Assembly: GCA_050124975.1 (NCBI GenBank)
Contig: JASFEF010000002.1
Span: 22,690 to 86,689, forward strand
Direction of reading: 5' to 3'
DNA: 64,000 nucleotides
From: Candidatus Thorarchaeota archaeon
GTDB taxonomy: Archaea; Asgardarchaeota; Thorarchaeia; Thorarchaeales; Thorarchaeaceae
Below the pieces are notes generated by a model, which was not told the DNA's origin, searched no databases, and worked only from the letters and a program-made list of their open reading frames with translations. Positions 29,901-37,593 of this stretch are shown one piece after another; the stretch's first letter is position 1, and every line of letters begins with the position of its first letter. The translations under genes and the position numbers were made by a program.

Positions 29901-30706
29901 TTGCTGCTGCAAAGCTGAGAGAATTGATGGATTCATCGGAGGAGTTCAATGATGTTAGTGTTGTTTCAGCATTTCCTAAATCTCTGGATTCGATTATTGA
30001 AGGTTTGACTCACGAACCCGTTTTGTCTGAAGAAGCCTCCATTCAAACACAACTGGAAGAGAACACTGATTCGGACAAGCAGGAGGACTTGATTGGTGCG
30101 ATGCACGATGTAGGTTCTGCAACCAATCGAGCAATTCAGATTCGGCTGTGGTTTGGTCTGATTCAGGATTTGGTTGACATATCCAACGGCCAAGTCAAAT
30201 GGGAGGAGCTATTGGAATTCATTGAAACCACTGCTCTACAGTCTTTGAAAGGAAGATCAGCTCCATTAAACATAGAAGAAGGAAAACGTGCTCTGACAGA
30301 GTTGCTGGCTGATGAGGTTTTAATTGCATTACGTGTCAATGATAAATCCCAGTTTGTCGAGCTTGCAGAAGGCCTCTGGTTGGTGAACTCGTCAGTTCTC
30401 AAGAGTCTGAAAGAAAAGGCGATAACCAAAATAGAGCAAGAGCTGAAGAAACACCATTCAAAGGTGTCTAAGAATCATGGTTACTACGATCTTTGTGTTG
30501 GGAATATTTCGTATGTCATATTTCCAAATCAGCAACAACTGAATACGCTTCTTCATTTACATAGTGATATTGCTTGCAGGACCTGTAAATCAACAAAGGT
30601 TGTTTGTGTTTTAACCGCATCAGAGTATCTTGAAGAAAGTGAAACGACACCGAGTAATCTAATCGTTAAGACAATGGATGACAATATGTCAGCCCTTGTA
30701 ACATGA
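26915..30706 (+). CDS. membrane-anchored HerA/FtsK/VirB4-superfamily ATPase (DUF87-like), 1263 aa
   Basis: Two or three N-terminal TM helices are followed, in the central region, by Walker A ILGATGTGKTT, the HerA/VirB4-type motif WWIFDVKGSEY and Walker B VVVLEEASNL, then VVVISTRPN. The C-terminal stretch of about 500 aa is acidic and has no recognised domains. Confidence 0.6.
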   Translation: MPFHLPRKGGLGLVSYDSHRKPRSWLSIIWTIGNLFAGLYLLAVYLLPLTGLVSQPLIPLKTVVEVTICLIPVITGFVLTVRKVRLQNPLVSVEGSTLLIQLGDHVIGTCCLDILSVSGSVYLDENGKPRYNESMLLAMRAGMDKSVTMAFEAGVSNGEPFLYIFITAVGHSLKQIQEILRREATRTEAILLSSLNNVELKLLEGDLLQDVVLTHMEGVYIESQGIILNERVKSMGIITLQGLPRTFPTQDASQVGTFISTVLRQGYTTSMTCVFSSAKPGKEKRTLESQWKNIQAKEKRKEESLQDYAEKKKLVTRYEEIQDRAGWFDTTVYFKVNTSATSHIEADLNGVVGLVHAIWGGGDSIKLSKQKLSKRTAYRMLSRRHLKRQRMHIARLSSFVNTPIQQLPAITPRHAPTFPVPAKDLLDNELVIGETVFGGRRLSNAGLEVDWLREHVTILGATGTGKTTLVKHLIAQLSTETDVPWWIFDVKGSEYLNLVGHGESEILVLRPGLDSSFVINLIDSEMANDENHAHSTFVILRELLNERGDSSELSPAMEKLLRDSIMKMAVTLDQGNSVQFLVKMISEVAGNDRIGSMTRDALLNRLEIVTREPLASILGDDTETVRFSELLNKRVIFDLSYVARVGGMDSARLLYNLVAKRIFESAMRRGVTEGLHHVVVLEEASNLVPESYTRHSAADVTTGESMVMLQRATGQGVVVISTRPNISSNILANTSTKIVFRLPYDSQVGGRFLSLNEDQEQYLRTMQRGRALMSIPHTETFEIVTQRFSETLVQEKPADSIEHSSIPTVETPETDDAKDLVSDKEVSEPDQDSKAQTLVFNRIDRLGSHVVAFLASEGWATEGEIRNLLSVLDSTVVDDDISEVIRNLVSLGSVEREALALVDGGFVFALPGKALNAVRRVIVEYISGKLGIEYNPSTSSDNPDWPDIVLEDRAVIVIPQHLRASSMVLTLDGIRNQMSKLQNGVSELIVVVRGSVAAAKLRELMDSSEEFNDVSVVSAFPKSLDSIIEGLTHEPVLSEEASIQTQLEENTDSDKQEDLIGAMHDVGSATNRAIQIRLWFGLIQDLVDISNGQVKWEELLEFIETTALQSLKGRSAPLNIEEGKRALTELLADEVLIALRVNDKSQFVELAEGLWLVNSSVLKSLKEKAITKIEQELKKHHSKVSKNHGYYDLCVGNISYVIFPNQQQLNTLLHLHSDIACRTCKSTKVVCVLTASEYLEESETTPSNLIVKTMDDNMSALVT

Positions 30707-30707
30707 A

Positions 30708-31511
30708 CTACGATTGAATTCTTGTGCAGATTATTGATTCATTTTTTAACAAAGATTTGAGACGGTTAGGAACGGTCAGATTGAAGATAATGACCTCTCT
30801 ATTTTGTCGAGCAATTTCAAGAAGTTCGCTCACTTTCTTCGACATGCCACCTGTGACATCAGTATTGGTTGAAGGTCCTGTTTTAGCTAAAATGGCTTCC
30901 TTGTTTTCTTGATTTATTAGGGGTATGTGTTTGGCTGATGGATTCAATTTTGGGTTGTCATCCAAAACTCCATCAACATCAGTTCCAATGAGGATAGTCC
31001 CTGCGTTCATCTGTTGCGCAAGGTATACTGCAATTGTATCACCACTGAGAATGGATACAGTACTCTCTTCATCAAAACAAACATCTCCATGAGTTAATAC
31101 AACAAGCCCATTATCTAGTGCCCTTCTGATAATACTGGTTGGAAATTCGTGTATCTGGCCATTTCTTAATGTCACACAGGTAAAAGGTGCTATGATTATT
31201 GTTGGAATTCCTTCTTTGTTTAGTACTGTTTCTACAGATGTTGCCAGTTCGGACATATTGTGGCGTATTGGTGGAATGCCCCTCACAAGAAGTTCTTTGG
31301 AACTATTAGGATTGGCAAAACCGTATGAATGAGCAGCTTGATGACCATGAGCTCCTCCACCAAGAACAATGATAAGTTCACCTCTGTGTGTCTTTAGTTC
31401 TTTAGCAATACGGCTCAAGTTTGATTCGTTAACTTTTGGAGGAGATAAGTCCTTGTAGGTTATTACAGATCCACCTAGTTTTACAATTGTGAGGTGTTTC
31501 AATTGTATCAC
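30708..31511 (-). CDS. ipk: isopentenyl phosphate kinase (amino-acid-kinase fold)
   Basis: IVKLGGSVIT and IVLGGGAHGHQAAH motifs are typical of IPK/FomA-type kinases. Confidence 0.7.
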   Translation of the reverse strand: MIQLKHLTIVKLGGSVITYKDLSPPKVNESNLSRIAKELKTHRGELIIVLGGGAHGHQAAHSYGFANPNSSKELLVRGIPPIRHNMSELATSVETVLNKEGIPTIIIAPFTCVTLRNGQIHEFPTSIIRRALDNGLVVLTHGDVCFDEESTVSILSGDTIAVYLAQQMNAGTILIGTDVDGVLDDNPKLNPSAKHIPLINQENKEAILAKTGPSTNTDVTGGMSKKVSELLEIARQNREVIIFNLTVPNRLKSLLKNESIICTRIQS

Positions 31512-31646
31512 GTGTATCCAAGGTATGAGTCATGCTTATGGACGTTGCTTTTCTCAGGGATGTGATATGTCACACACAAGACAAGCTTTTTATCCACTTC
31601 AGATTTGGAACCTTCGGACACCTCGCCAACATTGAGGGATTCTTAA

Positions 31647-31958
31647 ATGACTCAAAGAGCAAGAATCAGATTATCTAGCACAAGCACAGAACACCTAGAT
31701 GGTGTGTGTAATCAAATCAAGAGGATTACTCGCAAGACAGGTGTCCGAATGGCTGGTCCAATACCTTTACCAACTCGCAGAATGGTTATACCTACGAGAA
31801 AGACTCCTTGTGGTCAGGGATCCGAGTCTTGGGATAAGTGGGAGATGAGAGTCCATAAGCGGCTGATTGATATTGATGCAGATGAAAGAGCTATTCGTCA
31901 GATAATGCGTGTACGAATTCCTGATTCTGTATATATTGAGATTGAACTGACTGGATAA
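31647..31958 (+). CDS. rps10: 30S ribosomal protein S10 (uS10)
   Basis: 103-aa ORF containing [17 protein letters not shown]...GPIPLPTRR. Confidence 0.85.
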   Translation: MTQRARIRLSSTSTEHLDGVCNQIKRITRKTGVRMAGPIPLPTRRMVIPTRKTPCGQGSESWDKWEMRVHKRLIDIDADERAIRQIMRVRIPDSVYIEIELTG

Positions 31959-32066
31959 TGTCACTAAATCTATCAGTTTATTGTTAATCGTACAATTGTG
32001 ACCTGATACAAAGCCTTTTTGCACAATTCTACAAGGGAGTTCTACTGCTCATGAGGTATCTCAGAG

Positions 32067-33890
32067 ATGTGTGGTATAATTGCTGTAGTACAGGAACGTG
32101 GTGTTGTTGCTCCATTCCTACATCAAGCATTGAAACGCCTTGAATATCGAGGTTATGATTCTGTGGGAGTGACTACTATTGCAGGGAACATGTTACACAC
32201 CAAGAAGGACAAGGGAAAGATTGAGGAAGTACACAAACGACTCAACCTTGATGAGATGCCAGGACTAATTGGAATTGGTCATACTCGCTGGGCTACCCAT
32301 GGTGCACCGTCTATGCTAAATGCACACCCACATTTTTGCTGCGATAATAAAATCGCTGTTGTTCATAATGGTGTGATTGATAATTTTATGGAGCTCAGGA
32401 GAGAACTGAATGAAAAAGGACACAAATTCAGTTCCGAAACTGATACAGAGGTTATCCCTCATATGATTGAAGACTTCATGAAAGAGGGAATGGACCTAAC
32501 TAATGCAATTAAAGAAGTCACGAAACGTATTGAAGGAACTTATGCCATTGTGGCAATGTCAACTAACGAGAACGACAGGATAGTATGTACCCGCGATGGA
32601 AATCCGTTGGTCATTGGAACAAAGTCGGGGGCTTCATATGTTTCTTCAGACATTCCTGCATTCTTGCCAATGACAAATGATATGATACTCCTGCTTGATG
32701 GAGAAATCGCGAATCTAACAACTGAGGGTGTTCATATTGAGAAGTTGTCCGATGGGTCATCTGTGGATCGAGAAACCATCAAGATTAGTTGGACTGCTGA
32801 TCAGGCTCAAAAAAGTGGATATCCTCACTTCATGTTGAAGGAGATACATGAACAGCCTGACGCAATCAAGAATACACTTAGACTTCGAATAGAGAGTATT
32901 GAAGAAGCAGCTAGGATAATCATGAAGTCCGAAAAAGTGTATATGCTTGCAATGGGTACCTCGGGACATGCTGCGCAAGCAGGGCGACACATGTTCGCAT
33001 CACTTGCAGGTACACTTCCATCCTTTGAGTTAGCAAGTGATTTTCCAGATACCGTCTATGGAGCACTGTCTGAAAAAGACTGTATTATTGCTATTACCCA
33101 GTCAGGCGAAACTACAGATACTATCACTGCTGTGAAATACGCGAAACAGCATGGTGTAAAGGTGGTAGCAATCACAAATGTTGTCGGGAGCTCAATAACT
33201 CGTCTTGCTGATCACACAATCATAACTCAAGCTGGTCCAGAGATAGGAGTTGCTGCTACAAAGACCTTCATGGTGCAGCTTACTTCTTTGGCTCTAATTA
33301 GCTTGGCATTAGGAGAAATGGTTGGATTCAAAGAGCCCAGTGAGATTCAAAGAAAGCGTAGTTCTTTGGAAAAATTACCCGAGCTCATCTCTGAAGTCAT
33401 ATCAAGAAACGAGGAGAGAGCACGGAAACTGGCTTCAGTTCTCTATGAGAAACCGAGTCTTCTATTCCTAGGAAGAGGCATTTCAATGGCCACAGCTGAA
33501 GAAGGAGCACTAAAACTCAAGGAGATAGCTTACAATCATGCAGAAGCATACTCGGCAGGTGAGTCTAAACATGGACCTATTGCGCTCGTTCAGGATGACT
33601 ATCCTGTCATATTCATAGCTCCTTCTGATGATACGAGAAACCGAATTGTTGGTAATATCATGGAAATGAAAGCAAGAGGTGCAACCATTATTTCTGTAAT
33701 TCAGAAGACAGACAATGAGATTGTAGGTTTGTCAGACCATGTCTTTGCTATTCCAGAACAGACCGAACCAGAGTTTTCGGTAATGCCTTATGTCGTCCCG
33801 TTACAATTGTTTAGCTATTATATGGCCTTGAGAAAAGGATATGATCCTGACAAGCCACGTAATCTAGCGAAATCAGTCACCGTACTTTAG
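32067..33890 (+). CDS. glmS: glutamine--fructose-6-phosphate aminotransferase (isomerising)
   Basis: An N-terminal MCGI Ntn-amidotransferase domain is followed by two SIS domains and the C-terminus ...KSVTVL. Confidence 0.9.
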   Translation: MCGIIAVVQERGVVAPFLHQALKRLEYRGYDSVGVTTIAGNMLHTKKDKGKIEEVHKRLNLDEMPGLIGIGHTRWATHGAPSMLNAHPHFCCDNKIAVVHNGVIDNFMELRRELNEKGHKFSSETDTEVIPHMIEDFMKEGMDLTNAIKEVTKRIEGTYAIVAMSTNENDRIVCTRDGNPLVIGTKSGASYVSSDIPAFLPMTNDMILLLDGEIANLTTEGVHIEKLSDGSSVDRETIKISWTADQAQKSGYPHFMLKEIHEQPDAIKNTLRLRIESIEEAARIIMKSEKVYMLAMGTSGHAAQAGRHMFASLAGTLPSFELASDFPDTVYGALSEKDCIIAITQSGETTDTITAVKYAKQHGVKVVAITNVVGSSITRLADHTIITQAGPEIGVAATKTFMVQLTSLALISLALGEMVGFKEPSEIQRKRSSLEKLPELISEVISRNEERARKLASVLYEKPSLLFLGRGISMATAEEGALKLKEIAYNHAEAYSAGESKHGPIALVQDDYPVIFIAPSDDTRNRIVGNIMEMKARGATIISVIQKTDNEIVGLSDHVFAIPEQTEPEFSVMPYVVPLQLFSYYMALRKGYDPDKPRNLAKSVTVL

Positions 33891-33923
33891 GTCTTTAAAT
33901 TGTAGCAGCCAACAGAGTAATGT

Positions 33924-34178
33924 GTGAAACCAATGTGGCTGTCGATTCTTAGTCCACTAACAGACTTTGCAAATTTGATAGCAGGATATTTCATGGAGAT
34001 TTGGGATTTCCTAATCTTCATAGGGAATATCTCAGCTTTCGTAGTTGTCTTGGTGGGTGCAATTCTGTGGTTTACGGGTGTAAATGATAAGAGAGGAAAG
34101 GGACTGGTTCTGAGTGGTATTCTTCTTGCAATTATTATTCAGTACTTTGTGTTCTATCCACCTTCATTTACGTTATAG
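33924..34178 (+). CDS. small membrane protein, hypothetical (2 predicted TM helices)
   Basis: 84-aa ORF with a hydrophobic composition. Confidence 0.3.
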   Translation: MKPMWLSILSPLTDFANLIAGYFMEIWDFLIFIGNISAFVVVLVGAILWFTGVNDKRGKGLVLSGILLAIIIQYFVFYPPSFTL

Positions 34179-35387
34179 TAACTCGGAGGCAATAACGGTT
34201 ATTGTGTCTACAAGACGATCTATGTCTTCAAGTGAGTTATAACCATGGATTGATGCTTGTATTATTCCATCGTCTGAAATTGATTGAACAAGAGAATGAG
34301 CACACAGAACACCACTTCTTACAGCTATGGTTGATTCATCGAGGAAGAGTGATACATCGTGGCAATTGATTCCATCTTCAGGGTTGAAATTGAATCCGAA
34401 TATAGTGTTATTTTCAGTAGGCTCTCCATAGATGACAAGACTGTCAATCTCTGTGAGTCTTTGAACTATGTATTTTGAGAGTTTGTTGATATGCTTGGTA
34501 AGTCCTTGTGCATGAAGATTTGTAAGGTATTCAAGAGACGAATCTAAGCCTGCAATCGCAGGAAGGTTCAGATATCCTGACTCGAACTTGTCTGGTTGTA
34601 GTGCAACTTCAAACAGACTGCCTTCAACGTTTGTGACTGAGGACCCACCTAATATTCCGGGTGTGTGAGTTTCACCAATTGTCTTATCGATCCATTGGAT
34701 AGCAAGACCTGGTGGTCCCATTAGTCCAATATTGGCTGATAGTACTAGTATATCTGAACCAAGGGCCGTCAGTGTTTCGCTGGTTAGTCCCGCTGATCGT
34801 GTGGCATCCGTTAGTAGAAGTGCATTCGATTGATGAGCAATTTCGGCAACTGCTTTTATCGGATTGTGTATTCCAGTACCTGGTGACACATGACTGACTG
34901 CTACTAAGCCTGTTTTATCATCCACTTTTCGTTCCAGTTCATCAATGAGCAGGTTTCCTTTCTCATCAATTGGAGCAATCTCTACACTCAGTCCCAATAC
35001 TTTGGCAGATTGAAGTAATGATACAAAGATAGAGTTCTCTTCTCCTTGTCCAATCACAATATTGCTCTTTTTGTTAGTCTTCCAATCATAACCATACACA
35101 AAAGATGCGACAGTAGTAGGAACTGACTTTTGGAATGATATCTGAGATTTGTCGGTTTCTAGAAACGTGGCTAAAGATTTTCTAACGTCTTCAACAATTG
35201 CACCACCTTTCATAGCAAGACGGTGAGCCCCGCGACGTGCTGAAGCCACAACTGAATCGAGAAAGTTATTGGTTGCAAAAACGGCTTGTCGTGGTACAAG
35301 TGTTGTGCTTGCTGAATCAAAATATGCCAAATCAGGAATATGGTCATAGACACCGAAGTCATGTTTTATGTCAAATTTAGCAGGCAT
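34173..35387 (-). CDS. class-V aminotransferase-fold (PLP-dependent) protein
   Basis: 404-aa ORF with the fold signature ...DILVLSANIGLMGPPGLAIQW, related to AGXT/SufS-type enzymes. The usual Schiff-base Lys appears to be replaced by Asn. Confidence 0.55.
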   Translation of the reverse strand: MPAKFDIKHDFGVYDHIPDLAYFDSASTTLVPRQAVFATNNFLDSVVASARRGAHRLAMKGGAIVEDVRKSLATFLETDKSQISFQKSVPTTVASFVYGYDWKTNKKSNIVIGQGEENSIFVSLLQSAKVLGLSVEIAPIDEKGNLLIDELERKVDDKTGLVAVSHVSPGTGIHNPIKAVAEIAHQSNALLLTDATRSAGLTSETLTALGSDILVLSANIGLMGPPGLAIQWIDKTIGETHTPGILGGSSVTNVEGSLFEVALQPDKFESGYLNLPAIAGLDSSLEYLTNLHAQGLTKHINKLSKYIVQRLTEIDSLVIYGEPTENNTIFGFNFNPEDGINCHDVSLFLDESTIAVRSGVLCAHSLVQSISDDGIIQASIHGYNSLEDIDRLVDTITVIASELL

Positions 35388-35431
35388 GATTACTATTCAT
35401 GAGATGAGCGACTTTAATACCATGCTATACA

Positions 35432-36436
35432 TTGGCCGCGGTGATTATTGTGAATAAGAATCTTGTAGAAGGTTATTTTGTCAAAACAGTAGAGAATCTC
35501 ATCTTTGAAATCAAGGGTATATTACATCCAAGAAACCGTGTCATTTCTTACTTGCGATATGTTCCAACTTCAAACGGGATTATTGGATACAGGAAAGTGT
35601 ATGCACTTAATGAGAGAGAAACATACCTTCAGAACAATTATCCATCATACCTCTGGTTCAGTGAACCTCATGGAAGGATTGTACAATCTGTTCCTAATGA
35701 CAGAATCAAATCGATGCTTGATCCTATTGATTGTCTAAAGAAACTTCGAGTCGGTGGTAAAGCGATTTCTGACTTGGAACAAGCTTCTGTGAAGCTGGCT
35801 ACAAGATTGGTGGAAACAACTGGGATTGAGTGGGTTGATATTGGTATTACAGGATCACAGCTTGTGGGTGTTGCAAAAAAAGGCTCAGACATTGACTTGG
35901 TGGTTTATGGACTAGATGCATGTCGAAAATTCTATTCCAATCTGTCTGATAATATCACATCAATTACGGGTATCGAACGCTATTCAGGGTCTTTGCTTGA
36001 TGCACATGTTTCTTTCAGATGGAGAGCCCACGAGAATCTGAAATCTGTTCTTCGGGAGATTGAACAAGCTAAGCTATTGCAAGGAATGTTTGAGGGGTAT
36101 CACTTCTTTGTCAGGTTAGTGAAGACTCCTGAAGATCTTGGTTATACTTATGGTGATTTTTCACACCAGATGAAAGGTCAACAGCTGGTATCGGGTAAAG
36201 TAGTAGATGATAGTGATTCAATATTCACACCTTGTGAATATTCGGTGGAATGCGATGGTTTACCAAGTCTTAGGAAGCTTGTCAGTTATAGAGGCAGATT
36301 TACTGAACAGATCTCAAAGGGGAAATCTTTCGAAGCTCATGGAAGACTCGAACTGGTCACTAATCACAAAGAGCAGGAACAGTTCATGCAGCTTGTTCTT
36401 GGGGAGCTCTCCACCGATTATCTCATCCCAAAATAG
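35432..36436 (+). CDS. nucleotidyltransferase-fold protein (Pol-beta superfamily)
   Basis: The GS...GSDIDLVVYG minimal-nucleotidyltransferase motif is present in a 334-aa ORF. Confidence 0.4.
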   Translation: MAAVIIVNKNLVEGYFVKTVENLIFEIKGILHPRNRVISYLRYVPTSNGIIGYRKVYALNERETYLQNNYPSYLWFSEPHGRIVQSVPNDRIKSMLDPIDCLKKLRVGGKAISDLEQASVKLATRLVETTGIEWVDIGITGSQLVGVAKKGSDIDLVVYGLDACRKFYSNLSDNITSITGIERYSGSLLDAHVSFRWRAHENLKSVLREIEQAKLLQGMFEGYHFFVRLVKTPEDLGYTYGDFSHQMKGQQLVSGKVVDDSDSIFTPCEYSVECDGLPSLRKLVSYRGRFTEQISKGKSFEAHGRLELVTNHKEQEQFMQLVLGELSTDYLIPK

Positions 36437-36596
36437 CAAGTAAAATGCTTTCACAGATTGTTCATATTTACATCAGTTCACACGTTAGTTGTGTGAATGG
36501 CGCCTTTATTGTGAACACTCTGGGAGAAACGGGCTTCTTAATGCCTTAATATCGGAATGGAGGCGTGATATGTTCTATGATACCTGTGAATGGACA

Positions 36597-36623
36597 CACC
36601 CCTTCGTTTCCAGTGGAAACAGG
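36597..36623 (-). promoter_or_regulatory. origin recognition box (ORB)-like element
   Basis: The bottom strand reads TTTCCACTGGAAACGAAGGGGGTGT, a perfect mini-ORB dyad plus G-string. It sits in a 480-bp non-coding region. Confidence 0.5.
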
Positions 36624-36916
36624 AAAGAAGACCTATGAAATGCTTACACACTCATTCACAAGAAGTATAGATTAGTGAATGATGAATTGGCTGGAGAATG
36701 TCGTTCTTTCAACGAAAAAAGGGCTCATATTGCTTTTTTATGGCTAATAGGGTCTGACAGGACGTCAGCACAGTAAAAACGAAGTGGACGAGTCCTATAT
36801 GTGTACAGACACACTATGTAGCTCTTATCTTGGTATAGATAATTCACATACTCACACTTATTTGGAATCTAACTCTAGTTCATTGTGAATAGTCAACAGT
36901 ATCGGAGAGATTATGT

Positions 36917-37546
36917 TTGACAAGCGAAGACAGAACTAACTATGTGTATGAGTTTACATACAGTTCAGCACCAGGTCTTCGTGAAATATTCCAGTGTAAA
37001 TATGTCAGACCAGATGAAGCACTTAACAGGTTTAGAAAGATCCTTGCGCTAACTGAGTCGCCCTTTGATTTCAAAATTATTGTGTCTGATGAAACAATGG
37101 GGGAGGAATCGAGTTTTCAGGTGAAGGGCGGCAGTATTGAGGAGATGTTTGTCAAGTTCAAAGTCTTTCTGGAAACAAGTACAGGATTCATCTTTGAGCC
37201 AGTCAGTGAAGAGGTCACAGAGGTCGGAATCGAGGAAGCCCGTTTTGAGTCGATGAGTAATTACGACAAGATGCAGGTGATAATCTATGCGTCATTCAAA
37301 CATGGGAAATTCTCTTCGCTTGATGTCACCGAAATTTACCAAGACTCCTTCAGTGAGGACCTTCCAAAGAGTACGGCTTCCACATATCTAGCAAGAATGT
37401 GGAACAACGGAAAAGGACACCTAGAACGATATGGAAATCGTTCTGGCTACACATATCGACTCAGAACTGAAATTGCAGAAGTTCAGAAAGAAACTGAGCG
37501 GGCAGAGGAACTTCTAGCTGCAATACAAATGCGAGTCAGGGATTGA
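36917..37546 (+). CDS. hypothetical protein, possible C-terminal winged helix
   Basis: 209-aa ORF with no recognised catalytic motifs. Confidence 0.3.
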   Translation: MTSEDRTNYVYEFTYSSAPGLREIFQCKYVRPDEALNRFRKILALTESPFDFKIIVSDETMGEESSFQVKGGSIEEMFVKFKVFLETSTGFIFEPVSEEVTEVGIEEARFESMSNYDKMQVIIYASFKHGKFSSLDVTEIYQDSFSEDLPKSTASTYLARMWNNGKGHLERYGNRSGYTYRLRTEIAEVQKETERAEELLAAIQMRVRD

Positions 37547-37593
37547 ACTCAAATCACTATGTGACCATCGTTCAAACCCCACTGTTTTGATCA

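Noticed and set aside
35432-36436. tRNA(Ile2) agmatidine synthetase TiaS, which would be attractive next to a CAU tRNA elsewhere in the window.
   Set aside because: The protein has a minimal-nucleotidyltransferase GS...D.D motif but lacks the TiaS N-terminal kinase-like GIDDTDS signature and the C-terminal zinc ribbon.
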